A DNA stretch of 64,000 nt from Trueperaceae bacterium. Its GTDB lineage: Bacteria; Deinococcota; Deinococci; Deinococcales; Trueperaceae. Below are positions 42,215-52,244 of this stretch, one piece after another (position 1 is the first letter of the stretch; each line of letters opens with the position of its first letter). The DNA is taken from positions 768,001 to 832,000 of the forward strand of contig OZ243927.1 in assembly GCA_965213925.1 (NCBI GenBank), written 5' to 3'. Below the pieces are notes generated by a model. It saw nothing but the letters and a program-made list of their open reading frames with translations, was not told the origin of the DNA and ran no database searches. A program made the position numbers and the translations under genes.

Positions 42215-43987
42215 TCAGTCATAACGCGCAAAAATCCTCCCGTACAGCTCACAGCGTTCTAGCAGCTCACCGTGTGTGCCCTGGTCAATCAGCCGCCCTT
42301 TGTCAAAGACGAGGATGAGGTCGGCGCGGCGAATCTGTGAGAGGCGGTGGGTGATCATCAGCGTGGTGCGCCCCTCCAAGACGCGGTTGATAGCGCGTTG
42401 GATGGCGTCTTCGGTGGCGCTGTCGGTGGCGCTCGTCGAGTCGTCCAGGATGAGGATGCGTGGGTCGGTCAAGAGGGCGCGGGCGATGGCGAGGCGTTGG
42501 CGCTGTCCGCCCGAGAGCGTCACACCGCGCTCGCCGATGACAGTGTCATAACCGTCTGCGAAACCTGTGATGAAATCGTGGGCTTGGGCGGCTTTCGCCG
42601 CTTTGATAATGGCGTCCCTGTCCGCCTTGCCCACGCCGAAGGCGATGTTGTCGGCAACGGACCTCGAGAACAAAAACACGTCCTGCTCGATAACCGAAAT
42701 CTGCTGGCGCAGTCCGCTTAGTTGCCAACCGCGCACGTCCACCCCATCGATGAAGATGTGCCCCGCCGTCACATCATAGGTACGGTTCACGAGCTTGGTG
42801 AGCGTGCTCTTGCCCGAGCCGGTCTGCCCGACGATCGCCACCGTCGTTCCCGGTGGGGCGCGAAACGACACCTCACTGAGCGCCTCTTTGCCGCCCACGC
42901 CCGCGTAGGCAAAGCTCACCTCTTCAAAAACGATGTCGCCGAGGACGTCCGCGTCGTATCCGTCCACGTTTTCATCCAACTCCGTCTCGGCTCGCATCAA
43001 TGCTAGGATGCGCTCCGCCCCAGCAAGTCCAAGCTGTACGAGCGAAAAGGTGAAGACCGAGATGAACGCCGTGAAACGCATCGCGCCGACCAGACCCATG
43101 TAGGCGACCACGTCACCAATGGAGAGTTGACCTCTCGAAAGCAGCCACAGCCCGTGCGCGAACGCCGCGGCGAACGCGACGCCGAAGAGCAAAATAGGCA
43201 GATAGCGCGCCTGCACCTGACCCTGCTTGACGAAGTGGTCGCGGTAGAGGGATGCATCCTGGACGAACTTACGCCGCTCCTGCGCCTCTTGCACGACCGA
43301 CTTGACAACCTCGATGCCTGCGATCGTCTCGTTGAGCCCCGCGTTCATCACCCCATACTGCGCCCGCATTGCGCCTGAAACCGGGTTGAGCTGCCGCATA
43401 TAGCGGCGCAGGGCGAAGACGAACACCACCACGAAGGCGACGGGCGCGGCGAGTAGCCGCAGGTCGATGAAGGCGATGAAGATAAGCGGCACCGCCGTAC
43501 TGATGATTGACTCCGAGATAAGCGCCACGCCGGGGTTCATCATCGGGTTGAGCTGCCGCACGTCGCCTGTAGCCCGCGCCATGATGTCACCGACGCGCTG
43601 CCGGTTGTGAAAGGTCTGGCTCTTACCGAGCAAGCTCACATAGAGTTCGTCCCTCGCGCCCCGCTCCAAGCGCTGTCCGAGCGTCTCGATGGAGAAGCTA
43701 TTGATGAGGTCGAGCACGCCCCGCACGAGCACCGTGCCGAGGATGACGAGCGATAAGGTGAGCAAACGCTGCGCGCTCGGTTCGGGTTGCACCACCTCAT
43801 CGAAGGCGAGCCCGGTCAAGCGCGGCACGGCGGAAAAGAGGACGTTAGTGAGCGTGACCGAGAGAAGAAAACTAGCGAGCAGAAGTTTGTAGCGCGTGAG
43901 GTGTGAGAGTACCCAGCGTACCGGTCCCGCACGGTTGTATGTTGCCGCGCCCGCAATACTGAACTCACTATTGGCCGCTTTTTGCAC
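42215..43987 (-). CDS. ABC exporter (TMD+NBD), degenerate-site half
   Basis: GQTGSGKST, LSGGQRQR, LILDDSTS; heterodimer pattern with the neighbour. Confidence 0.95.
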   Translation of the reverse strand: MQKAANSEFSIAGAATYNRAGPVRWVLSHLTRYKLLLASFLLSVTLTNVLFSAVPRLTGLAFDEVVQPEPSAQRLLTLSLVILGTVLVRGVLDLINSFSIETLGQRLERGARDELYVSLLGKSQTFHNRQRVGDIMARATGDVRQLNPMMNPGVALISESIISTAVPLIFIAFIDLRLLAAPVAFVVVFVFALRRYMRQLNPVSGAMRAQYGVMNAGLNETIAGIEVVKSVVQEAQERRKFVQDASLYRDHFVKQGQVQARYLPILLFGVAFAAAFAHGLWLLSRGQLSIGDVVAYMGLVGAMRFTAFISVFTFSLVQLGLAGAERILALMRAETELDENVDGYDADVLGDIVFEEVSFAYAGVGGKEALSEVSFRAPPGTTVAIVGQTGSGKSTLTKLVNRTYDVTAGHIFIDGVDVRGWQLSGLRQQISVIEQDVFLFSRSVADNIAFGVGKADRDAIIKAAKAAQAHDFITGFADGYDTVIGERGVTLSGGQRQRLAIARALLTDPRILILDDSTSATDSATEDAIQRAINRVLEGRTTLMITHRLSQIRRADLILVFDKGRLIDQGTHGELLERCELYGRIFARYD

Positions 43988-44150
43988 GCGCGCTCCTTCT
44001 GAATTCTCGATTCTGCCTAATCCTCAACCGCATATACCTTAATTATTAAGGTGACTAGCGATACTATAAACTATCTTGTTTCGATTTGCAATGCTCGCTG
44101 CTGAAAAGCGGTTCCACATACCGACAATAGAAGGTGTTGCGCAAACTTCT

Positions 44151-44253
44151 TGGCTCGTTCAGCAAGTTCGCTCTAGATCGCTGATAGGCTAAATCGTGCT
44201 CGCAACACGAAAATTCGCCTTCAAATACTATGCGAGATTTACCGGATGATCCA
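44151..44253 (-). repeat. 103-bp inverted-repeat unit (reverse orientation)
   Basis: TGGCTCGTTCAGCAAGTTCG...GATTTACCGGATGATCCA; flanks lack the 4-nt duplication. Confidence 0.7.
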
Positions 44254-44371
44254 AAAGGTACAGTTGCGCGCGACTGGCGCAGAAGCGCAAGGGCACCCGC
44301 TGACCTCTGTGCTCCGCCGCACGCGCCGCTTGCCGCCCTCGCCTGCCTAGGAAACCGAGGTAATGGCAAAC

Positions 44372-45340
44372 TCAGTGGCTATACAGCTTTGTAGTCGCTT
44401 TAGCCGCCTCCGCGACCCGCTTACGCAGGGCTAGAGGCTCTATCACCTCGACCTCCGGACCGAAGGAGAGTAGGTACTCGCACGCCTCCCACGCCACCTC
44501 GAAGAGGATCTCCAAGGTTAGCCAGCCCCGAGCGTCGAGTGGGTCGCACGGCTCTACGCTCAGCACCCGCGCGTACCTACCCGAGGTGCGCATCCTCTTT
44601 ACGAGCCCAGGCGCGGCACGGACCTTAGCCGGATACCGCGGCAAGGCCGCCTTGAACGCGACCTTCGACGTTTCCCAGTAGCGAACCAGATCGAACCCAT
44701 CCGGACGGCGACAGGGCTCATCCGTGACCTCGGCGCTCTGGACACGTGAGATACGGTAGGTCCGCGCTTCGCCCTCGCTGGCGGCAACAAGGTACCAGGT
44801 ACTGCCACGCGCCACCAGACCTAAGGGGTCCGCTAGCCGCTCGACTATCCTCCCGTCTCCACGCGCGTAGACGAAGCGTAGCTTGCGCTCCTGCCACACG
44901 GCCTCCTGGAGGGTGAGCAGATGAGGGACGGCGTCCCTATGTTCTTGCCAGCCGGTCGTATCGACGTGGAGGCGCTGCCGCGCGTGCCTAGCGTCCGGGC
45001 GTTGCCTCTCGGGGAGGGCAGCGGTCAGCTTGACGAGGGCAGCCTCGGCTGTTCGCGACAGACCGAGATCATGCAGTAGCGCTCGGGGCGTGCCGACGAA
45101 GAGCGCCCTGGCCTCCGCTTCGCTGAGCCCGGTAAGTTGCGTGCGGTAGTCCCCGAGTAGTGCCACACCCCCGCTCGGTCCCGGCGCGCCGTAGACCGGC
45201 ACCCCAGCGGCGGTCAGCGCGTCCAAATCGCGGTAGATAGTGCGCCGAGAGACCTCGAGTCGCCGTGCCAACTCCTCAGCTTTGACCTTCCCTTCGGTCT
45301 GGAGTATCAAGAGCAGGCTCAGCAAGCGGTCGGCGCGCAC
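44372..45340 (-). CDS. YafY-like HTH-WYL transcriptional regulator
   Basis: RADRLLSLL, LARRLEVSRRTIYRDL, PLGLV....WYLVA, YRISRV; AGGAGG RBS before GTG 45340. Confidence 0.93.
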   Translation of the reverse strand: MRADRLLSLLLILQTEGKVKAEELARRLEVSRRTIYRDLDALTAAGVPVYGAPGPSGGVALLGDYRTQLTGLSEAEARALFVGTPRALLHDLGLSRTAEAALVKLTAALPERQRPDARHARQRLHVDTTGWQEHRDAVPHLLTLQEAVWQERKLRFVYARGDGRIVERLADPLGLVARGSTWYLVAASEGEARTYRISRVQSAEVTDEPCRRPDGFDLVRYWETSKVAFKAALPRYPAKVRAAPGLVKRMRTSGRYARVLSVEPCDPLDARGWLTLEILFEVAWEACEYLLSFGPEVEVIEPLALRKRVAEAAKATTKLYSH

Positions 45341-45387
45341 GGTTCTTCCTCCTAAGTTCTTCCTCATCTGACCCTACAGCGAATCCT

Positions 45388-45402
45388 TGACAGGAGGTGT
45401 CA
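45388..45402. promoter_or_regulatory. Probable WYL-regulator operator
   Basis: TGACA-N5-TGTCA palindrome between divergent genes. Confidence 0.55.
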
Positions 45403-45432
45403 TGAACCCCTTTTACACTCGCCTTGGAGGTC

Positions 45433-46329
45433 ATGATGCAGACACTAACAGGCAGAGTGGCGGTGGTCGCGGGAGCGACACGTGGGGCAGGACGGGGCAT
45501 CGCGGTCGAACTCGGGGCGGCAGGTGCAACGGTCTACTGCACAGGGCGCAGCGTCCGCGGGCAGCCCTCCGACCTGGACCGGCCCGAGACGATCGAAGAG
45601 ACCGCCGAGCTGGTGACGGCGGCGGGCGGTCACGGTATCGCGGTGCGCACCGACCATACCAAGGAGGAGGAGGTCAAGCGGCTGTTCGAATATATCAGCG
45701 CGGAGCAGAACGAACGACTTGACATCTTAGTCAACGACGTCTGGGGCGGCGACTCGCTCATCCGCTGGGGGCACCCGTTCTGGGAGCAAGATTCAAACGT
45801 GGTGGCCAAACTCATCGAGCGAGCCGTGTTCAGCCATATCCTCACCAGCCGCTACGGGGTGCCGCTGATGGTGGCCCGGGGGCGCGGGCTGATCGTCGAG
45901 ATCACCGACGGGGACACCCTGAACTACCGCGGCAACTTCCTCTACGACCTCGTCAAAACCTCAGTGATCCGCCTGGCTGTGGGGATGGCAGCTGACCTGA
46001 AGGCGCACGCGGCTAGGCGGAGGTCAGAAATCACCGCGCTGGCGCTAACGCCGGGATTCTTACGCTCTGAAGAGATGTTGGACCACTTCGGCGTCACCGA
46101 GGCTAACTGGCAAGATGGCGCGAAAAAAGACCCGAACTTCATCGCGTCTGAGACGCCGCACTTCATCGGGCGGGCGGTGGCGGCGCTCTCGGCGGACCCC
46201 GGCGTACATGAGAAGGCGGGCAAGGTGTTCTCGAGCTGGGGGCTTTCGGACGAATACGGTTTCACTGACCTGGGCGGGGCGAGGCCGCACTGGGGGCGGC
46301 ACTACAACGAGGCTGGGCTGGGGGAATGA
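45433..46329 (+). CDS. SDR family oxidoreductase
   Basis: AGATRGAGRG, LDILVND, YDLVK. Confidence 0.92.
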   Translation: MMQTLTGRVAVVAGATRGAGRGIAVELGAAGATVYCTGRSVRGQPSDLDRPETIEETAELVTAAGGHGIAVRTDHTKEEEVKRLFEYISAEQNERLDILVNDVWGGDSLIRWGHPFWEQDSNVVAKLIERAVFSHILTSRYGVPLMVARGRGLIVEITDGDTLNYRGNFLYDLVKTSVIRLAVGMAADLKAHAARRRSEITALALTPGFLRSEEMLDHFGVTEANWQDGAKKDPNFIASETPHFIGRAVAALSADPGVHEKAGKVFSSWGLSDEYGFTDLGGARPHWGRHYNEAGLGE

Positions 46330-46649
46330 GGATGCCGGAGGCACTCGCCTTCCCCTTCGTCTACCCGTTTCAAGAGGAGTGGTGCTGCGATGATGACCCG
46401 CTCTTTTGCGTAAGTAGCGCGCAACTCACGCTCTATTTTCGAGATTAGTTATCCCGCTATACCTCGACGGTTTGGAGGTAGATTTCGAAGCCAGGCCTAA
46501 GCAAGCCGTTGATGCGCCGTGTCTGCTTGTATTGGTAGGTTAGGCGACCGGCGGCATTAGCTCCCGCACGCGAGCACTTTCGTGTACGCTTGAGACGCTC
46601 ACTACCGTCTAATCCCTATCAACAGAGGTCCAATCAGCGCGCTTTAGAG

Positions 46650-46990
46650 CACTTCTGACGGGAATGCTCAGTTTCGTCCAGACTACTTCGTGATGACTAC
46701 CATTGAGGTCGTCGAAGCTGAAGATGAGGATGGACCCCGCGTCGGTCACCTCACCGTCACTCGCGCCTTCAGCAACGACGCGGCGGCAGTTCGCGGAGGG
46801 TCGCTGCGCACACGGCGTTAAAGGCGAAGTAATCTAGGCGTCCGCGCTGGAACATCGGCTGAGGATCAGGAGGCTGGACGCCAGGTACTACGAAAGAATG
46901 CAGCAGAGTGCGGGGACCCATCTTGATGAAGGCGTAACGCACACCCTCATCGTTCTGATCGAGCACCAGCTCGGCGTACGCCGAGCAGCC
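46650..46990 (-). pseudogene. Decayed VOC family gene
   Basis: MFQRGRLDYFAF then a frameshift into GASDGEVTDAG...FDDLNG..HEVVW. Confidence 0.55.
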
Positions 46991-47296
46991 AAGGCGCGAC
47001 CACTGCGTGGGGGCAGTCGGTCTCCCAAGTTCCCCCTCCGGCGGGCTCTACGACGCCTCGGGGGGTGACAGTACACGCACCACACGCGTAAGCGCTTCCT
47101 CTATACCCAAGCGGAGCCGCACCCCCTTAGCGTGAATCTTCTCGGTGTAGGTGTGGGTCTCGCGGCGGTGGCGCTGTCGCGGGCGAAACGCCCCTAGAAG
47201 TCGTTATAATTCTCTAGCGCATGAGAAGGTTATCCCGAACCCGGAGCCCATCTTTAGCGCCGCAGCTTCAAGAGACTTTCAGTAAGAGGGGGCGCG

Positions 47297-48271
47297 ATGA
47301 ATAAGACCAAAGCGGCAAAGACATCTATAGACCGGGTGACCGGAGAGAAACGTTCACTCCAGAGGCTTACACAGGACATTACCTACTTGCGTACGCGCAT
47401 CGTCAATCTCTACTTCGTAGGCGAACCCAGAGCTCAGAGCGGCGAATGGGTGCTCGTCGACGCCGGTTTGCCCTGGTCTGCCGGAAGGATAGTAGGGGTG
47501 GCCGAAGAACTCTTTGGGCGCGGCAGCCGACCTGCGGCCATCGTGCTCACCCACGGACACTTCGACCACGTCGGCGCGCTGCCCGAACTCGCCCGGCGGT
47601 GGGAGGTGCCGGTCTGGGTGCACCCCCTCGAGCTCCCCTACCTCACGGGCCGCTCGAGCTACCCGCCCGCTGACCCCGGCGTTGGGGGCGGTTTGATGGC
47701 GCGCCTCGCCCCGCTCTACCCGCGCCACCCTATCGACCTGAGGGGGTATGTGCGATCCCTACCGGCCGACGGGACAGTGCCGCCGCTTCCCGGCTGGCGC
47801 GCCCTTCACACGCCCGGTCACAGCCCCGGTCACATCTCCTTGTTCCGCGAGTCGGACCGGGTGCTCCTTGCCGGTGATGCGTTCACTACCGTTAAGCAGG
47901 AGTCGGCCCTGGCAGTGCTGAGACAGCGCCAACAGGTCCACGGCCCGCCCGCCTACTTCACCATCGACTGGCAGAAGTCTCGGGAGTCGGTGGTACGGCT
48001 CGCCGCGCTAAAGCCGTCGCTGGCGGCGACCGGGCACGGCCTGCCGATGAGCGGCGAGCGGCTGTCGCGTGAACTCGAGGGGCTGGCACAGAAATTCGAC
48101 CGGTCTGCAGTGCCCGCACGTGGACGTTACGTTCGCCGCCCGGTCCTCACAGATGAGCGCGGCGTGGTCGCGGTGCCGCCCCCTAGAGGGACTTCCTACG
48201 TCTCCTTGGGTCTCAAGATGGTGCTCCTCGGGGTTGCGCTCGCCGCCGTACGCAGGCGTGTTCATTTTTGA
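47297..48271 (+). CDS. MBL-fold metallo-hydrolase with C-terminal membrane tail
   Basis: LVDAG, THGHFDH, HTPGHSPGH, LAGDA, TGHG. Confidence 0.92.
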   Translation: MNKTKAAKTSIDRVTGEKRSLQRLTQDITYLRTRIVNLYFVGEPRAQSGEWVLVDAGLPWSAGRIVGVAEELFGRGSRPAAIVLTHGHFDHVGALPELARRWEVPVWVHPLELPYLTGRSSYPPADPGVGGGLMARLAPLYPRHPIDLRGYVRSLPADGTVPPLPGWRALHTPGHSPGHISLFRESDRVLLAGDAFTTVKQESALAVLRQRQQVHGPPAYFTIDWQKSRESVVRLAALKPSLAATGHGLPMSGERLSRELEGLAQKFDRSAVPARGRYVRRPVLTDERGVVAVPPPRGTSYVSLGLKMVLLGVALAAVRRRVHF

Positions 48272-48565
48272 GCCGCGCTGGACGTCCGGGGTTTATGACC
48301 GCCGCAGGTCGTAAATAGAAGCCGGACCTCGCGAGAAGAGGCGGCTGGGAAGCGCGCCGACCAGCCCGTAGCGTGCCGCAGCCCGTGGTTTGTGGGTAAG
48401 GGAGAGGTAGAACGCTCAAAGTAGCGGCGACGGTGAACTCGTCGCCAAAGAGCCAAGGCGAAACCGCTATAACCCCCCCGACTAGGTCAGTCTCAGAGGC
48501 TACTTCGGGACGTCAGGTCCAGAGCCGTCACTTGGGTGTTACCCTTGGTACGAGGGGGAATAAGT

Positions 48566-50350
48566 ATGAACGTTAGAACAGAAACGGTTGCGCTGGGCGT
48601 CGTGCGCGTGCCTATAGTCTTCGTCAACGCTTATCTGATTGATGCGCCGCAAGGGAGTTGGGTCTTGGTCGATACGGGGCTGCCCAACTCGAGCCGCTAC
48701 CTCCGCGAGGCGGCTGAAGAGCGCTACAAAGAGAAGAGACCAGAAGCGATTATCCTCACCCACGGACACTTCGACCACGCGGGCACGGCGCTCGAGTTAG
48801 CCGAAACTTGGAGCGTGCCCATCTACGCGCACCCGCTCGAGCTGCCCTACTTAACGGGCGCATCGGACTACCCGCCACAAGACCCAACCGTAGGCGGTGC
48901 AATCGCGATGATGTCTCGAGCCTTCCCGCACCGCGGCTACGATTTCGGTGCTCGGGTGCAGCCCCTCCCGGCGGACGGCAGCGTGCCGGGGCTACCGGGG
49001 TGGCGCACGCTGCACACGCCGGGTCATACACCCGGTCATGTGTCCTTGTGGCGCGAGTCGGACCGGACCCTCATCGCGGGCGACGCGCTCGCCACGATGG
49101 ACCTAGATTCGTGGACCTCTCAGCTTACACACAGGCGGGAGCTGAGTCGCCCGCCTACGCCCTTTACACCTGACTGGGGCGCGGCGGAGCGTTCGCTTTC
49201 GAGGCTTGCAGAACTCGGACCCCTCGCCCTCGCCGCAGGTCACGGCAGGTCGCTCTCCGGGTCTGACTTGGCGGCTCAGTTGCGACGCTTCACCGACGAC
49301 TTCTCGCCGCCGCAGCGAGGACGTTATGCCCAGAGTCCAGCCCGCACCGATGAACGGGGGGTCGTGGCGCTGCCGCCGCCTGTACACGACCCGCTACCGA
49401 AGCGGATTGCTTGGGGGGCGCTGGCGACCGCATTAGGGGTAGCTGCAGCAGCGGCCATTAGAGCAGCGCGGCGTTCGCCGGATAGTGCACGTTATACCGA
49501 AGGAACCGCCCTCGCCGAACGAACTGCTTTAGTCGGTGATATTAGGATGCGCTGGCTCGAGCACGGGCAGGGTCAGCCGGTGGTGTTCGTGCACGGCATC
49601 CCGACCTCCCCCGAGCTGTGGCGAGAGGTGATGCCGCGCCTCGGTGCCCGCACTTTAGCGTGGGAAATGGTCGGTTACGGAAAATCTATACCCGAGGGGA
49701 GCGGTCGCGACATTTCGGTCGCGAAGCAGGCGGACTACCTCACCGCCTGGCTGGACCACCTCAATATAGAACGCGCTGTACTGGTCGGACACGACTTGGG
49801 CGGGGGTGTAGTCCAAAACCTGGCTGTTCGCCACTCGGAGCGGTGCGTAGGGCTCTTGCTCACCAACGCCATCGGCTACGACTCGTGGCCCATCCCGGAG
49901 GTGGAGGCTATCCGGGCTCTAGGCGGTCTCATTCGCCGTCTACCGAACTCCGTTGTCAAACTGATACACCGACTACTCTTCAGCCTCGGACACGACGAGG
50001 CGACGGAGGCGCGGGAGGCGCTCGCAGTTCACTGGCAGCATTACGTACACCAGGGTGCGGGAGAGGCATTTATACGTCAGGTCCGTTCACTCAACGTACA
50101 GGACACTTTGGACGTGCAAAGCACGCTGCCTCACCTAAATGTACCCGCCAGAATTGTGTGGGGCGCAGCCGACCAGTTCCAGAAGGTCCGCTACGGCGAG
50201 CGGTTCGCGCGCGACCTGGGAACGACCCTCCAGCGCATCGAGGGAGGCAAACACTTTACGCCCGAAGACTATCCCGAGGTGCTCGCTGAGGCGCTGAGCA
50301 GTCTCCTCTTAGAGATTCAGGAAATTTCTACGGCGCGGCGAAGTGAGTAG
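48566..50350 (+). CDS. MBL-fold hydrolase fused to alpha/beta hydrolase
   Basis: THGHFDH/HTPGHTPGH, hydrophobic helix, then VHGIPTS, GHDLGG, HFTPED. Confidence 0.85.
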   Translation: MNVRTETVALGVVRVPIVFVNAYLIDAPQGSWVLVDTGLPNSSRYLREAAEERYKEKRPEAIILTHGHFDHAGTALELAETWSVPIYAHPLELPYLTGASDYPPQDPTVGGAIAMMSRAFPHRGYDFGARVQPLPADGSVPGLPGWRTLHTPGHTPGHVSLWRESDRTLIAGDALATMDLDSWTSQLTHRRELSRPPTPFTPDWGAAERSLSRLAELGPLALAAGHGRSLSGSDLAAQLRRFTDDFSPPQRGRYAQSPARTDERGVVALPPPVHDPLPKRIAWGALATALGVAAAAAIRAARRSPDSARYTEGTALAERTALVGDIRMRWLEHGQGQPVVFVHGIPTSPELWREVMPRLGARTLAWEMVGYGKSIPEGSGRDISVAKQADYLTAWLDHLNIERAVLVGHDLGGGVVQNLAVRHSERCVGLLLTNAIGYDSWPIPEVEAIRALGGLIRRLPNSVVKLIHRLLFSLGHDEATEAREALAVHWQHYVHQGAGEAFIRQVRSLNVQDTLDVQSTLPHLNVPARIVWGAADQFQKVRYGERFARDLGTTLQRIEGGKHFTPEDYPEVLAEALSSLLLEIQEISTARRSE

Positions 50351-50404
50351 CGTTTACGTTTCTAAGGCGGGAGGTAGAGGGTCTAGTCGTGAAAGGGGTA
50401 AGCA

Positions 50405-51421
50405 GTGAGCGTAAAACTAAAGAAGCTAGAAGGTCAAGTAATCGTCATCACGGGCGCGTCCTCGGGCATCGGGCTGGTAACGGCGCGGCTCGCGGCGGGG
50501 CGGGGCGCGCGGCTGGTGCTGGCGGCGCGGAGCGAGGCGGCGCTCCGGCAGCTGACCGAAGAGCTGAACCGAAGCGGCGCTCAAGCCGTCTACGTCGTTT
50601 GTGATGTGAGTAAGCGCGACGACGTGCGCGAAGTCGCGCGGACCGCTCAGGCGACCTTCGGCGGCTTCGACACCTGGGTGAATAACGCGGGCGCGTTCAT
50701 CTTCGGCAAGCTCGAGGAGGTGCCCGTAGAGGACATGCGTAAGCTCTTCGAGACGAACGTCTGGGGACTTGTCTACGGCTCGCTCGAGGCTGTGAAACAC
50801 CTTAAAAGGCGCGACAAAGAATATGGTGGCGCTCTAATCAACATCGGCAGCGTCTTGTCTGAGCGCGCCATCTTGCTGCAGGGCGCTTACAGCGCGTCCA
50901 AGCACGCCGTCAAGGGCTTTACCGACGCGCTGCGCATGGAGCTGGAGAACGAGGGTGCGCCCGTGTCCGTCACGCTGGTCAAGCCGAGCGCCGTCGACAC
51001 GCCCTACCCGCACCACGCGAAGAACTACATGGACGCGGCGGCGGAGGTGCCGCCGCCCGTCTACGCGCCGGAAACCGTCGCCCGCACCATCTTGTATTGC
51101 GCGGAGCACCCGAGGCGTGACGCCTACGTCGGCTCGGGCGGCAAGAACCTGGCCGCGCTCAGCCACTATGCGCCGAGCTTTTTGGACAAGGTGATGGAGA
51201 CGGTGTTTGTGAAGCAGGAGCGCAAAGACCAGCCGCCCCTCCCCCTGGAACAAAACAGCTTGGATAGACCAGCAGGCAAGCTGGAGGAGCGCGGCGGCTA
51301 CGAGGGGTTAGTCATCGGCTCGAGCCCCTACACCGCCGCCTCGCTACGTCCGGGGCTCGCCGGGATTTTGCTCGCCGGTGCGGGGCTCGCTGCCGCGCTA
51401 TGGTACGCGGTGCGGCGGTAA
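50405..51421 (+). CDS. SDR family oxidoreductase with C-terminal membrane tail
   Basis: TGASSGIG, WVNNAG, YSASK. Confidence 0.92.
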   Translation: MSVKLKKLEGQVIVITGASSGIGLVTARLAAGRGARLVLAARSEAALRQLTEELNRSGAQAVYVVCDVSKRDDVREVARTAQATFGGFDTWVNNAGAFIFGKLEEVPVEDMRKLFETNVWGLVYGSLEAVKHLKRRDKEYGGALINIGSVLSERAILLQGAYSASKHAVKGFTDALRMELENEGAPVSVTLVKPSAVDTPYPHHAKNYMDAAAEVPPPVYAPETVARTILYCAEHPRRDAYVGSGGKNLAALSHYAPSFLDKVMETVFVKQERKDQPPLPLEQNSLDRPAGKLEERGGYEGLVIGSSPYTAASLRPGLAGILLAGAGLAAALWYAVRR

Positions 51422-51449
51422 ATGGAGGCTGCTACTAATAGCATTTGCA

Positions 51450-51479
51450 GGGGTCTTTGACAGGTGTGTCAAAGACCCC
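51450..51479. terminator. Hairpin after SDR
   Basis: GGGGTCTTTGACA-GGTG-TGTCAAAGACCCC perfect stem. Confidence 0.65.
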
Positions 51480-51707
51480 CGAGCGGATGCGTTCACGAAG
51501 TCGCCAGTGGGAACGCAGTGACGCGAAGCCTTGTACCAATGAACGCTCTCAGTGTGTCAATAACTGATGCAAATGCTGTCAAGAGGCGAAAGGCAAGGAG
51601 CGCTGCTGAAGCCTGCTGCACCGCGTAACGAAACTGCACAACAAAGAGGCGACTAAACGCTCGCCGCCGCATAAGGACCGCTCGACGCTGTGAATAAAGG
51701 AGACGCG

Positions 51708-52232
51708 ATGAACCCAACGCAACTCAGCCGCGAACTGCGCAACCACAAAACTCCCGACTTGACCCGCCGCCGCTGGATCGTCGGCTTAAACCTCTTGGGT
51801 GTCTCGATGGGCCAGCTCGTCTCGGCCTACCAGACGGGCCTCATCCCCCGCCTGCCCGACCCGCCCGGCAAGCTCGGTGAGGTTTTTAATGCGACCAAGG
51901 TGGACGCTTCGGACTACGCCTACAAGCGCTACCGCAGCCCCGACGGGGTGGCGATGGTGACGACCTACGCCGTCACGACCTGGCTCGCGGGCGCGGGCGG
52001 CGAAGACCGGGCGAACGAGACACCGCTGCTGCCCATCGCGATGGGCGCGAAGCTCCTCTACGACGTAGGCACGACCTTGCAGCTGGCCCGCGAGGAGTGG
52101 GAGGAGAACGGGGCGTTTTGCCAGTACTGCCAGGTGGCGACGCTCGCCTCGGTCGTCTCTGCTGCGCTCGCTGCGCCCGAAGTGTGGCGGGCGGTGAAGG
52201 CGCTGCGTGACAAGTCCGGTCAGTCGTCGTAA
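51708..52232 (+). CDS. Vitamin K epoxide reductase family protein
   Basis: YQTG...LPDPP, VDASDYAY, PDG, FCQYC; AAGGAG RBS. Confidence 0.8.
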   Translation: MNPTQLSRELRNHKTPDLTRRRWIVGLNLLGVSMGQLVSAYQTGLIPRLPDPPGKLGEVFNATKVDASDYAYKRYRSPDGVAMVTTYAVTTWLAGAGGEDRANETPLLPIAMGAKLLYDVGTTLQLAREEWEENGAFCQYCQVATLASVVSAALAAPEVWRAVKALRDKSGQSS

Positions 52233-52244
52233 GCAACCTCGAGT

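Noticed and set aside
48420..48470. Hammerhead-ribozyme-like three-way junction (…GAGCCAAGGCGAAACCGCTA)
   Set aside because: CUGAUGA core reads CCAAAGA and there is no UH cleavage site
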